Origin: Paraspadella gotoi
Lineage: Eukaryota; Animalia; Chaetognatha
NCBI GenBank assembly: GCA_051294375.1
Contig: CM119264.1
Location: 31,418,667 to 31,467,041, forward strand
Reading direction: 5' to 3'
DNA length: 48,375 bases
Of this stretch, positions 26,100-41,345 are shown in pieces; position 1 is the stretch's first letter, and every line of letters starts with the position of its first letter. The notes under the pieces are model-generated. The model saw only the letters and a list, made by a program, of their open reading frames with translations, was not told where the DNA came from and did not search any database. The position numbers and the translations under genes were made by a program.

Positions 26100-26390
26100 A
26101 ACAAATGAGCAACCAACTATAGACGAATTATATGCATTATTAATGTAAGTGGGTCAGACTGACGGTCAGACATACAGACCGACAGAATGAAAGACAGACA
26201 GACCGACAGAATGAAAGACAGACAGACCGACAGAATGAAAGACAGACAGACCGACAGAATGAAAGACAGACAGACCGACAGAATGAAAGACAGACAGACC
26301 GACAGAATGAAAGACAGACAGACCGACAGAATGAAAGACATACAGACCGACCGAAAAGTGACTTATATAGTTGCTCCGCGAGAGAATAAA
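26100..26390 (-). mobile_element. Miniature HINE-like element (related subfamily) with a 24-bp internal array
   Basis: Minus strand GGAGCAACTATATAAGTCACTTTTCGGTCGGTC resembles the family motif GACTCTATAATTCACTTTGTCGGTC. Inverted motifs GAGCAAC(CAAC)TATA and TATAGTTGCTC. Ends GCTCATTTGTT (cf. GCTCAAACTTGTT). Confidence 0.55.
26176..26350. repeat. 24-bp minisatellite (AGACCGACAGAATGAAAGACAGAC)n
   Basis: About 7 near-perfect units. Explains the MKDRQTDR ORF. Confidence 0.96.
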
Positions 26391-26476
26391 AAGAAAGAAA
26401 AAAGGTCAGGGGTCATTTCTCCATATTGAATCTGGTAAAATCGCGACGCGGATCAGAAGGAAAAAAATGATCAAGT

Positions 26477-26559
26477 GTTTGGGCGATGTTTGGGCGATGC
26501 TTGGGCGATGCTTGCGCGATGATTGGGCGATGATTGGGCAATGATTGGGCGATGCTTGG
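26477..26559. repeat. 11-bp tandem repeat (GHTTGGGCGAT)n
   Basis: About 7 units. Confidence 0.9.
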
Positions 26560-26857
26560 TTGAGAGTAGGAGAGAGAAATTGCGCGATTTGGCGATTTTA
26601 TTACTGACTGAATGATTTTCTGAGAGACTGATTGAAAAACTGAACTATTAAAAGTGACTGACTAAAGTAGTGAATTACTGACTAACCTGTTGTCAATGTC
26701 TCCCGTAGTTATTGTTTTAATGAATTTCTAACATTTTTACTTTCTTGGTTGACATGGTGAGTATTCTTTCATGAAAGCATGGCAAGTCTTTGCACCATGT
26801 CAAATCAAGTTATCCTTGACTAACGCATTTTCTCTGTTTCGATTCGGCTCTCTCCTT

Positions 26858-27256
<399 letters not shown>

Positions 27257-27355
27257 CCATGGGTCGCATTTCACATCCACCCGACGACGGATAAACACCA
27301 TGAGTCCATAATTTAGCATCTGTGCTTCAAGCGGCGTCGAACTGTAGTGGATCTA

Positions 27356-29635
<2,280 letters not shown>

Positions 29636-29793
29636 GAAGTTAAAAAAAGATAATGTAAAATAGTAAAAAATAAAAATGCAAAAAAAAAAAGCGAAAAATG
29701 TCAAAAAAGCAAATGGAAAAAGCGGTAAAAACGTTGAGCGTTTGTTGCTCAGCACGAACAGAGGCAGAAGTTGAGAAGGACAGCGGGCGGAGC

Positions 29794-29872
<79 letters not shown>

Positions 29873-29876
<4 letters not shown>

Positions 29877-30251
29877 CGCTTGGATGTTTAACATTGTAAT
29901 TTAAAATACTATTAAAATAGTTTAACAAAGAACTGATGAATAATACTAAAGAAAACGAACAAAATATAAGAAAACAAAAGAAAACATAGAACACATAAAC
30001 AGAAGAAAGAAAGAAAAAAAACTAAGAGAATAAAAAGAAAAACAAAGAAAAAAAAGTATAAAAGAAAAGAAAAGAAATATAAAAGAAGCGAAAAAAAGAA
30101 AAATTAAAGAAAATAGAAGGAAAAAAGAATAAAAGGAAAAAGAAAGAAAAAGAAAACTGAAAAATTCGAAGGACAAACAAATTAAAGCGAAGCCACGGAT
30201 TTTATTACAAGAAAGGATCCGGTTTCAGTGGATCCGTTTCAACTGAGAGAG

Positions 30252-30327
<76 letters not shown>

Positions 30328-32586
30328 CCCTCACGCACATTAAACGTGAAATCCTTACGGACTCTGTCGCGTCGAAGGAAAAAGGCTTTCGTGATTTCCC
30401 TTGGAGCCACTATGGAGCCATGCTTGCCATGGCATGGCGCGTTGGGCGTCATGCTCATTGCGGCATGGCGCGTTGGGCGCCAAGCCCTATTCATCGATTG
30501 AATGCCGCTAAAACATGAGCGCTCTACAATCTCGTAAAGTGGCCAGTGGCACAGTGAAAAGCATAGCGACTGGCATTTGAATGGCAAACTGAGAGTTTAT
30601 TTTATACAGTGTTGTAAGATGTACTGGATTAGTAATGGCAATGTAGTAAGTGTGAAAGCATAGCTTGCAAGTAATGGACTAGTGTGCGAGTGGCGTTGTG
30701 AAAAGATGCTATCATAGTGCCTATTACTGGCGTTAAAGCATAGTTGGCATTAGGATGGATATTAAGCGAGTGGGTGGAAAGATAGCGACCATGAGCAACT
30801 GGCAAGTTTAATTTTATCGAGTGCTTAAAAGCGACTGGCAATAGCAAAGTTTGTAGGATGCGTTTAAACGCTCTGCATGAAGCACTAGTTAGACGAGGGT
30901 AATGCTCTGCATTGGATGCAATGTAGAAGCGTGTTGAAAAGCATGCATGCTATGAATGGCAACTTTAGTGCGGTGGCGTTGTGAAGCATGTATGGTTAGT
31001 GCACTGTTAGTGCATGCGTGTGAACATAGCTCTGCATTAGTAATGACTAGTTTAGCGAGGGCTGTGAAGCAAGCTATGTTGTCAAACTAGAGACGGGGCG
31101 TTGTGAAAAGCATAGCTACTGGCTTTATTGAAGGGTAACGATAATGGACACGAAACCACGACTCAACGTTTTTTTCCTTACGTGCGAATTCCTTGCTCGT
31201 GAATGCGTGTGACTTGCGTGTGACTTGTCGTGCACGTCAGCCCAGAGTCGAACGCTTCAAATGCGCGCAATCGATGTCATAAAATTGATGCGTTTTTGAG
31301 GCCAGAAAATCCAAGGGGCGAAAAAAATGATGTCATCACGATGGAAAAATGAAATGACAAAGAACAAAACTACATGACAAAGAAAAATAATGACAAAGAA
31401 GAGACTAAAAATCAACGACTCGCAGATTTGGATTCGTCATAAAAAGTTGGTAAAAATAAATATAAATCTTTTTGAAAAATTTCTTCATTAAGTGGGACAA
31501 AAATTAGAGAAAGCTATATTTTAAGCTGAAAATTAACTTTTTATATATTAAATATAGTTTTTTTTAAATTTTGAACCCACTTAATGAAAGAATTTTTTAA
31601 AAATGATTTATATTTTCTTTTATCAACTTTTGACGAGGAATTCAAATCTGCAATCAAAATTAAAATTTTGAAATTTTTCGATTTTTTAAGGATAGTACTA
31701 TATATAAATATAGCCTACTGCAAAAATTAAAAAACATAAAATTAATTTTTTTTATAAATTAATGTTCACTGATGGTATGTTGTTCATAATTGACTTTTAG
31801 AATTTTCGTATGTAACTTTCACTACGCCTTAATATTCAGGGGCAATGAATCAATGATTATTTTATTGGATCTACCAATTTTATATATTTTTAACGATATA
31901 ACTTTATCGTGGTGGTTCCTTCGTGGAGGTTCCTTCGTGGTCGTTCATTCGTGGTGGTTCATTCGTTGTGGTTCATTCGAGGTGGTTCATTCGTGGTGGC
32001 TCGTTCGTAGTGGTTCATTCGTGGTGGTTCATTCGTCTTAATTTGACGTAATCGTAATAAAAAGCGAAAAAAAATTTATTCTATTTTCAATGTTTTTTTT
32101 TCTAGAAATATTGTTAGTTCCAGATTTTTCAATTCTCAAATGACATTTTTTTTTAAGCTAATCCTGGATGATGCGATTTCCACTTCCATTTTTTTTTTGC
32201 TAAATAAAAATGATCCACTTTGGGTAAAAATTATTGCTGGTGATTGCAAAATAGAAAATGTTTAGATTAAGATGGCGAGAAAAATTATGATTACATATAT
32301 GTGTATCACACAAAGTAATGTACACCTGTTAGCGTTTGGAAAATCTCAATTTACTACCTCACGTGGAAAATGCTAAGAATACACTAAGGTTTGCCTACCT
32401 GCTGCTCTATTTTTTAGACGAACGATAAGAAAACGCGATCAGATCCTGTATGATCTTTATCCTCTACAGTTTGTATTAGTAGAGAACGACGCTCACTACT
32501 GTTTGGAAGGACAAAAAGAATACTTGATTAGCTACACTTTGGACATAGTAAAGAAACAACTAAGTTCACTACTAAAAATATATACA
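29873..32586 (-). repeat. Right arm of IR2, with ~430 bp extra degenerate tandem repeat at ~30580-31100
   Basis: Colinear with the left arm except homopolymer indels and an expanded, noisy GGCGTTGTGAAAAGCATAGC-containing array. Confidence 0.93.
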
Positions 32587-32589
32587 ATA

Positions 32590-35559
32590 GGCCTTAGCAA
32601 ATTTTATAAAGTTTTTTACAGAATTTAGCACTATAGTACAAATTAGTCCCCTATATGCTACTAATTTTTTTCTATCTTTGTTTTTTGAAAATCGATCAAT
32701 AAGTGCTTGCAACTCTTCAAAATTTGCAAAAAAAACGGTTTTTTTCATTAAAATGATAGATATCTTAAAAAATATCAGTCGGAATCAAATTTAACCTGCG
32801 TCAATTTAAAAGAGCGGAAAAAATACTTCATTTTACATACTTTATTTTTAAAAAATCCAAAAAATACTTTTCCAATTATTGATGTTTAAAAAACCGAGTT
32901 CTCGGCATTTTTAAGTCACATTTTTTATTTTCCCTTTATAACTTTGAAAATAATATAAAATAAGGTATAAAACAGACTAAATCCTCTAGAGTAATCATTG
33001 GGCTTTCTATTGGCGTAAATAGGTATTGTTTTTTAATTTTGTTCAGGAGCTATGAATTGTTAAATCCTGAAAAAAATTTTAAAAAATATTTATTTTTATT
33101 ATTTTTGTCTGTGTGCTTACAATTTGAGTGTTTATATATCTATCATTATCTACAAAACATAAGCTTTAATTTAAGACCTCTCCCAACTTTTTACGATTTT
33201 CATTATTGAATTATACGTAAAAATAAAATTAAAAAAAAAAAAAATTAATCAATTAGTACTTTCAAATGGAATATTTTTTTTAAAAATAAAGATACAAAAA
33301 TACAGTTCTACTTATAAGGCTTTAAAACAAATGTTTAAAATAAAAATAATATAAAATTATAATAAAAAATAAATAAAACAGATTATTAACTTTATTTTAT
33401 TATAAAAAATTATATGATGTTTAATTAAAACTTAATCTCAAATAAAATAACAGGTATATATATATATATTCGTTGAGTATTTTAATTCAATCTCATATCC
33501 AGCTTTTAATAGTAATAATATTTGTTATTATTTATGAAAAAAATATTTACAAAATAATAATAATACAGTAGCTCACTCAATATTTGATATATATTATTAA
33601 TAAAAAATGTTCCAAAATATTAATCAAGTATAATAGGGCTCCCAAAAATATCCTACTTTAGAAAAGTTGTTAGTTCTCGCAAAGTTTCTTATTCCAATTT
33701 TAATTTAAAAAACGAATATCACAATGAAAAATTTTTCAGGTTGTGATTTATGGACTTTCCACGCCACTTTATGTGGCGTACCACTTCTGGTTCAAAATAG
33801 CTGTTGTTTTTTTAAATAAAATGGTTCTAGAATAAAATTAGTTTATTTTTAAGCTTTTCTGGTTAATTATACATAGTTCTAGATATTTTAAATTTTTTTT
33901 TATAAATTATATGTATACATGTATATTACTAAAATTATTAAATACATTAATATTTCAGAACTTAAAAAAAAGGAAATAATTGCATTTTTGAAAGATTTTT
34001 CTAATACTATTCTTTTGAATTTAAGTTAACAATAATTCTACTGTTATGTTTATATTCATATATGTTTTTTAATATTATTTTATTAGTAAATTGATCTATA
34101 ATAACCTCGAGGGTGCGCCATAAGCCTTGCTAATAACAATAATAAGACACGGTAGAGCAGAGAGGATGTGAAAGAAACAAAAAAAGTGCCATCTCTGAAA
34201 CCTATAAAATCTTAAAGTATACCCATGAGACACTTAATGTGGTAGGTCAGTAAAAATTCGATAAAGGCAGGTTTTTTTTTAAATGCTCATTAAAGTTTTT
34301 GAAAATTTTTTATAAAATTTTTTAAATAGTTTAGTGAAAATGCTTACAATTTTAATGTCTATACATCTATCATTATCTACAGAGCATAAGCTTGAAGAAA
34401 AATTTGTGAGTAATTCACAAAGAACTTTGACGCTGATGAAGGCTCAAATTGTGAGCCGAAACATGTTCGTCTAATAATAAAATTGTTGCAAATAAATTAT
34501 TCGTCTCCATAAAAAGCTCTTAAAATTTGATACGTCATATAAAAAGTAAAGAATTATTCTATACTTTTTTTGAAAACAGGTTATTATTCTGGATATCTAC
34601 TTAAATTACATATTTGTAAGGTAGTTTTTGAAAAAGTACTCACTATGGCTATGCTATGGCTAAACCCTGTAGCTTTAGTCAAACTACTACTTTATAGGAT
34701 TGGGAATGAAGATAAAGTGGGTAAATATTCTAAAATTAAAGATCAGAAAAAGATTTTAACATTTTTAATGATATATTTTTTTTACAAAATAATTTTTTTC
34801 GTAAATAATAACAATATTATTGCTATTAAAAGCTGGATATGAGATTAAATTAAAACACTCAACTACTATATACCTGTTATTTATTTGAGATTAAGTTTTA
34901 ATTAAACATCATATATTTTTTATAAAAAATAAAAGTTAATAATCTGTTTTATTTATTTTTTATTATAATTTTATATTATTTTATTTTAACATTTGTTTTT
35001 AAAGCCTTATAAGTAGAACTGTATTTTTGTATCTTTATTTTTAAAAAAATATTCATTTGAAAGTACTAATTGATTAATCTTTTTTTTTAAAAAAAATTTA
35101 TTTTTACGTATAATTCAATAATGAAAAATCGTAAAAAGTTGGGAGAGGTCTCAAATTAAAGCTTATGTTTTTGTAGATAATGATAGATATATAAACATTC
35201 AAATTGTAAGCACACAGACAAAAATAATAAATAAATAATTTTTAAAATTTTTTTCAGGATTTAACAATTCATAGCTCCTGAACAAAATTAAAAAACTAAT
35301 ACCTATTTACGCCAATAGAAAGCCCAAGGTTTACTCTAGAGGATTTAGTCTGTTTTATACCTTATTTTATATATTTTCAAAGTTATAAAAGGAAAATAAA
35401 AAAATGTGACTTAAAAATGCCGAGAACTCGGTTTTTTAAACATCAATAATTGGAAAAGTATTTTTTGGATTTTAAAAATAAAAGTATGTAAAATGAAGTA
35501 TTTTTCCGCTCTTTAAATTGATGCAGGTTAAATTTGATTCCGACTGATATTTTTTAAGA
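32590..35559. mobile_element. ~3-kb foldback-type non-autonomous element with ~800-bp inverted arms, right end lost in a gap
   Basis: ~32763-33555 is the reverse complement of ~34780-35559 (AAATATCAGTCGGAATCAAATTTAACCTGC / GCAGGTTAAATTTGATTCCGACTGATATTT). Very AT-rich, no transposase ORF. The left start after TA at 32588-32589 is inferred from where IR2 homology stops. Confidence 0.72.
34426..34474 (+). ncRNA. Minimal type I hammerhead ribozyme motif (Penelope-like type), intact core
   Basis: TTTGACG [stem I] CTGATGA A GGCTC-AAATTGT-GAGCC [stem II] GAAA C-AT-G T T [palindromic ACATGT stem III, GUU triplet] CGTCTAA [stem I'], followed by AATAAA. Confidence 0.8.
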
Positions 35560-35584
35560 NNNNNNNNNNNNNNNNNNNNNNNNN

Positions 35585-35681
35585 AGCAAATGGGAAAACA
35601 AAAAAAGCGGTCAAAACGTTTGAGCGTTTGTTGCTCAGCACGAACAGAGGCAGAAGTTGAGAGACAGCGGGGCGAGAGCGT

Positions 35682-35757
<76 letters not shown>
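35585..35757 (+). repeat. Direct duplicate of the IR2 spacer (~29707-29872)
   Basis: GAGCGTTTGTTGCTCAGCACGAACAGAGGCAGAAGTTGAGA followed by (GA)n occurs in both places. Confidence 0.9.
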
Positions 35758-35763
<6 letters not shown>

Positions 35764-36022
35764 TTTTATCGTTTTTCAAAATATTTGCAAATTTCGGATT
35801 AAAAAAAAAATTTTACATTTATTGGGCGGGAAGTAAATTTAAAAAAATTAACATAATTAATTTAATTAATTCAATAAATTTATTAATTTAATTAATTTAA
35901 TTAATCATGCAAAATAATGCTTGATGAATAAACAAAAAAATAATATTATCAATTATAAAGATTTTTTAATTAAAAAAATTGGAACAGATGACAAAATAGC
36001 CGACGAAAAGCATCCGTCAGTT

Positions 36023-36128
36023 TGTCAGTTTGGATGACATTTCTTTTTTGTCTCTTTGTCAGTTTGGATAACATTTCCTTTTTGTCTCTCTGTCAGTTTG
36101 GATGACATTTCCTTTCTGTCTCTCTGTC
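36023..36128. repeat. 34-bp tandem repeat x3 (TGTCAGTTTGGATGACATTTCCTTTTTGTCTCTC)
   Basis: Units start at 36023, 36057 and 36091. Confidence 0.9.
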
Positions 36129-36305
36129 TGTTTTTTAAAACCAAAATTCGAAACTTTTTTATTTCGTTTTTCACTCAAAAATGTAAACAAAATGAATTTA
36201 AAGATGTAAAGCGTCGACAACAAAGCATAACAACAACAACAACAACAAGAAATGTAAAGAAGTTCGACCTTCGCTTTGACCTGAATTTCATGGAAGAAAA
36301 TGTAG

Positions 36306-36343
<38 letters not shown>

Positions 36344-37208
36344 AACAGAGACCGACAGAGAGAGAAAATGTGAAATTCTTCTTTACAATTTTCTGAAATA
36401 GCAGAACCGATGATGAGACAGACCGACCGACCTCGACAGATTCACTTCCACGCGCCACTTTTTCTTTTTTTCTTTTTTTCTTTTTTTCTTTTTTTCTTAT
36501 CTTATATTTTTTTAAACAAATATAAAGAAAAGGAAAAATATTAAGAAGATAAAAATGTAAAATAAAAAATGGAAAATGGAAAATGGAAAAGGGAAAAAGG
36601 AAGAAGAATAAGGAAAAGTATGTTTTATGTTTTAAACTACGATGAAAAGCAAAACAACTTTTTTAGACAAAAACAAATTATGAAATTTAAAAGATAAAAA
36701 TAAGTAAAGACTTTCACATAACCCCATAAAATACTATATTTAAAGAAGTTTTAAAAATAAAAATGAAAAATATATAAATGAAAAGATGAGAATAAAATGA
36801 TACGATTTAAACGATTGAAACTTTCTTTGAAACATTATACCATAGGGAGGCCAGATACTCTGAGAGTAAATAAACGAGACTGTGAGAGAATCTTGATTGA
36901 AAGCTTGCAGGTACCTGCTATGTCATTATCTTGTAAGAGTGATAAAGGCCAAAATAGCTTTTTTATTAAATGAGTTGAAAATTTTTATATTGGTTGTACC
37001 AATTTCATAAATGAAATAGAAACCTTAAAAAACTGGTAACTTGTCGATAAAAGAAAAAAAAAAAAAAAAAAAGGAAATGAGAGAAGAAAAAAAAGAATAA
37101 TAGAATAATAGTAGCAAGGAATAAAAGAAAAGAAAAGAAAAGAAAAGAAAAGACAAATGGAATTAAAGAGAAACTGATAAGAAACCAAGAAGATAGGAAA
37201 AAAGGATG

Positions 37209-37338
37209 GAAGGAGAGAAGGAGATGAAATACAAGAAAGAGAGAAGGAGATGAAATACAAGAAGGAGAGAAGGAGATGAAATACAAGAAGGAGAGAAGGA
37301 GATGAAATACAAGAAGGAGAGAAGGAGATGAAATACAA
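37209..37338. repeat. 26-bp tandem repeat (GAAGGAGAGAAGGAGATGAAATACAA)n
   Basis: About 5 units, period 37261 to 37287. Confidence 0.93.
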
Positions 37339-37721
37339 AATAAACGAGTTGTTTACAAATTTAGAAAAAAAAAGTTGAGTGAAGAATTTTTATTGACGTC
37401 ATCATTATGAGTTGAGCGGATTAAAGCGACGCCACACGAGAACGCGATTAACAACTCAACGCTTAGAGATTCTCGACATTCACAGACAAACTTCATCCCC
37501 TCTCTCTCTCTCTCTCACTCTTTCTTTCACTCTCTATCTCTCTAAACGTTGTCTATTCTACAAAATCAACTTTAGTTTTTTAGATAAATTAAAAAGTGAG
37601 AAGAAATCGTAATCTGTTCCGCATTAACAAATTAAATGTCTTTTAGGCTGAACTGAACTNNNNNNNNNNGAACTGAACTGAACTTAAATTATGACAATTA
37701 TACAAATCATCTAAGGTGTAA

Positions 37722-38090
37722 TATTTATCTCCCCTATCAGTGCCAGCAACACAGAGGATGTCCTCTTTATCTGCCCTGTCAGTGCCAGCGCCGCCAAAAG
37801 GAATCTATCACTCTTGGCAGTGCCAATGCCGCCAAAATAATTTTATCACCCCTGTCAGAGACAATCGCACCAAAAGTAGTCTTTTTTATCACCTCTTTCA
37901 GTGCCAACACCACCAAAGGACTTTATTACCCCTGTCAGTGCCAACACCGCCAAATAATCTTATCACCCCTGTCGGAGCCCATGTCGCCAAAATGATTTTA
38001 TCACCACTGTCATTGCCAACACCGCCAAAGGATTTTATCACCACGGTCATTGCCAACACCGCCAAAGGGTGTCATATTTATCAAGCCCCT
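37722..38090. repeat. Diverged 37-39-bp minisatellite (TTTTATCACCCCTGTCAGTGCCAACACCGCCAAAGGA)n
   Basis: About 9-10 diverged units. Explains ORF 37740..38093. Confidence 0.88.
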
Positions 38091-38798
38091 TGAACTGAGA
38101 AAAGAGAAACGTGGATGTCGAAGTCTGAGCGATAAATAGAGAAAAGACGTGAGAGTCAATATCCGCCTTTCGATCCATCGGGCGAAACCCTTCACTTTCA
38201 TTCTCCCAACAGATTTTCTCCCATTCTCTCGTTCTCCCTCGCATTCTCCCAGCATTCTCGGGTTATTCTTTCCTTTTCTCCTAACATAGTCTTTCCCCTT
38301 CTTCTGTTCTCCCTCACATTTTCCGAGAATTCAAATGTTATTCTTTCCTATTATCCCAACATATTTTCTCCCGTTCTTCCTCCCATTCTCCTAAAATTGT
38401 CTGACTCTTCTCTCCAATTCTCCTAACATTTTTTTTCCGTTCTCCCGTTCTTCCGTTCTCCCTCCCAATCACCTATTCAGGTCATTCTCCAGTTTTAATT
38501 TTAAGATACAATCATTTTAAAAAATATCGTTTGCTTCTCGCCCTCGTTCTCGTTCTCGTCTCTCTCTCTCTCTCTCTCTCGTCTTCTCTCTCTCTCTCTC
38601 TCTCTCTCGTTGTCCTGCTCGTTCTCTCTCCCGTTTTTCCTCTTCTTCTCAATCATTCGCCCCCAATCCTGCCCCTCAACAGTTTCTACGCTTCAGTATT
38701 GAAAAATCGACGCGTGCCTCAGATGAGAAACGGCTTCACTGTATGTCTCTCTCTCTCTTTCTGTCTCTCTTTTTCTTTCTCTCTTTTCCCTTTTCTTA

Positions 38799-38852
<54 letters not shown>

Positions 38853-38873
38853 GGTCTCGTCTCTCTCTCTCTT

Positions 38874-38926
<53 letters not shown>

Positions 38927-39773
38927 GTCCCTCTTTTCTTTCTCTCTTTACCCTTTTCTTACTCTTTATCTCTCTCTCTCTATCTCTCTCTCTTTCAGTC
39001 TCTCTTTTTCTTTCTCTCTTAACCATTTCTTACTCTTTATTTTTTTTTCTCTCTCTCTCTCTCTCTTTCTTTTTTTTTCTCTCTCTCTTTCGCTCTTTCT
39101 CTCTCTCTTTATTCTCCTCTTTTCTCCTCTTTTTACTCATTCTCTCTTTGCTCACTTAATTTTCAATTATCTTCTCTCAGCTCAGAATCCATTCCTTTTT
39201 TATATCCATTTTTTTCATTGCTCACTTTCTCTTTTCTTTATCTATTTCCCTTTCCATTTCTCTTTCCATTTTTATTGCTAAATTTCTCCTTTTTTATTTA
39301 TCTTTCCATTTCTCTTTCAATTTTTTTATTGCTCACTTTCTCTTTTCTCTTTCCATTTCTCTTTCTTTTGTTTTTTATATTGCTCACTTTCTTCTTTTTC
39401 TACCCATTTCTTTTTCAATTTTTATTGCTCAATTTCTCCTTTTTTTCAATTTCTTTTTATTTCTTTTTCCATTTCTATTTCCATTTTTTCCCTTGCTTGC
39501 TTTTTTTTATTTTCATTTCTATTTCTTTTGTTTTTTATATTGCTCACTTTCTTCTTTTTCTTCCTATTTCTATTTCCATTTTTCTTTCCATTTTCTTCAT
39601 TGCTCACTTTCTACTTTCTCTTTCTCATTTTTTTCTCCATTTCTCTTTCATTTTTTTCAAAATGAAATCCACTGAGACTCGATTTCGCTATGACGGATTT
39701 TGGCCTTCGTTGAGATCTGACTTCTGGCTGAGAGGAGAGAGAAAGAAAGAGAGAGAGGGAGAGGGAGAGAGAG

Positions 39774-39849
<76 letters not shown>

Positions 39850-39961
39850 GGAAAAGAAAGAGGCCACGAAGCTGAGGAGAGAAATTATTGTTATTCAAAA
39901 TTCGAGATGGAAAATCGCTTCTTTTTGTCTGGTAGAAGTTTGTGATCTGGTAGAGAGAGAC

Positions 39962-39994
<33 letters not shown>

Positions 39995-41101
39995 AGAGAG
40001 AGGAGAGAGAGAGAAAGAGAGAGAGAGATATTTTGATCTCTGAGATTTTGCATTATCGCCATTGGCCGCCATTCGCTGCCATCTCCATTGCCTCCAATGT
40101 AATTGCTATTTTGCTGGATTCTGCCTGAATTGTTAGCACAAATCTTAAGAGAAACCAGGAGGCAAAAACATGACCGGAATATTTGTGAGAATTTTGCAAC
40201 GAAAAAGTAAACAGAAATAAAAAATGAAAAGAAAGAAAATTTGGCAAAAAATTGAAGCAAACATTTTTTTTCTCGGATTGAAATTCATCTCGCAATAAAA
40301 AAAAAACAGCATAAATAAGCAAAGTATTAAAATACTTAAGTTCCAGCTAATGACTTGTATTAGTATATTTAAAAAACTTATCACAATATTATAAAAATCC
40401 TGGAACGATCTGTGTTGCTCAATTATTATAAAAAGACGAATATTGAACAGCAAAGCGAACAGCATTGTTGTCAATGTTTGTTCGCTTTTAACTAAATCTT
40501 GGGTTGAGTAATAAACTCGGAATTGAGCATTTATCCTCTTAGCTGCGTAAGTCGCTTCGAATGTTTTTCGCCCAAAACATTTTTACCAGATTTTCCTCAT
40601 TTTTTTCCTTCTTTCCTTTTTTCCCCCTTTTTTTCGCTCTGGTTTCTTTATTTCCCTGTTTTTGCCTTTTTTAGCCTTTGTTCCCGAATTTCCTCTTCCT
40701 TTTTCCTCCTCCTCTTTCTCTTCCTCCTCCTCTTCCTCCCTTCCTCCTCTTCTTTCCACAGAGCCACAACATTTGACACTCAATCTTCCCATTTTTTTCC
40801 TTTCATCTTTGCACATATTTTCTATTTCCTCCCATTTTCCGTTTCCACATATTTTCCATTTCCCCTCATTTTTAATTTTCCCCCCATTTTCCATTTCCTT
40901 TTATTTTTCATTTTCCATCATTTTTAATATTTAATTTTCTTTTGTCATTTTTAATCTCAGACGATCTCCTCTTAAAGTCGTTATAATCTTCACATCTAAA
41001 TGTATTTTTTGTTCCTTAATCATTTTTTTCTTCACATATTTTGGAAATCCCTTTCTCTTGCACCTCAACTCATTGCTGTTGCACCTGAATTCTTCCTCCT
41101 G

Positions 41102-41151
<50 letters not shown>

Positions 41152-41156
41152 CCTTC

Positions 41157-41210
<54 letters not shown>

Positions 41211-41296
41211 CCCCAAAGATCATGAATCTGACTTCCTTTTTTCCGCCTTCACTTCACCTTCCATATCATCAGACAAGAGAGAGCAGATCAGTACAA

Positions 41297-41345
<49 letters not shown>

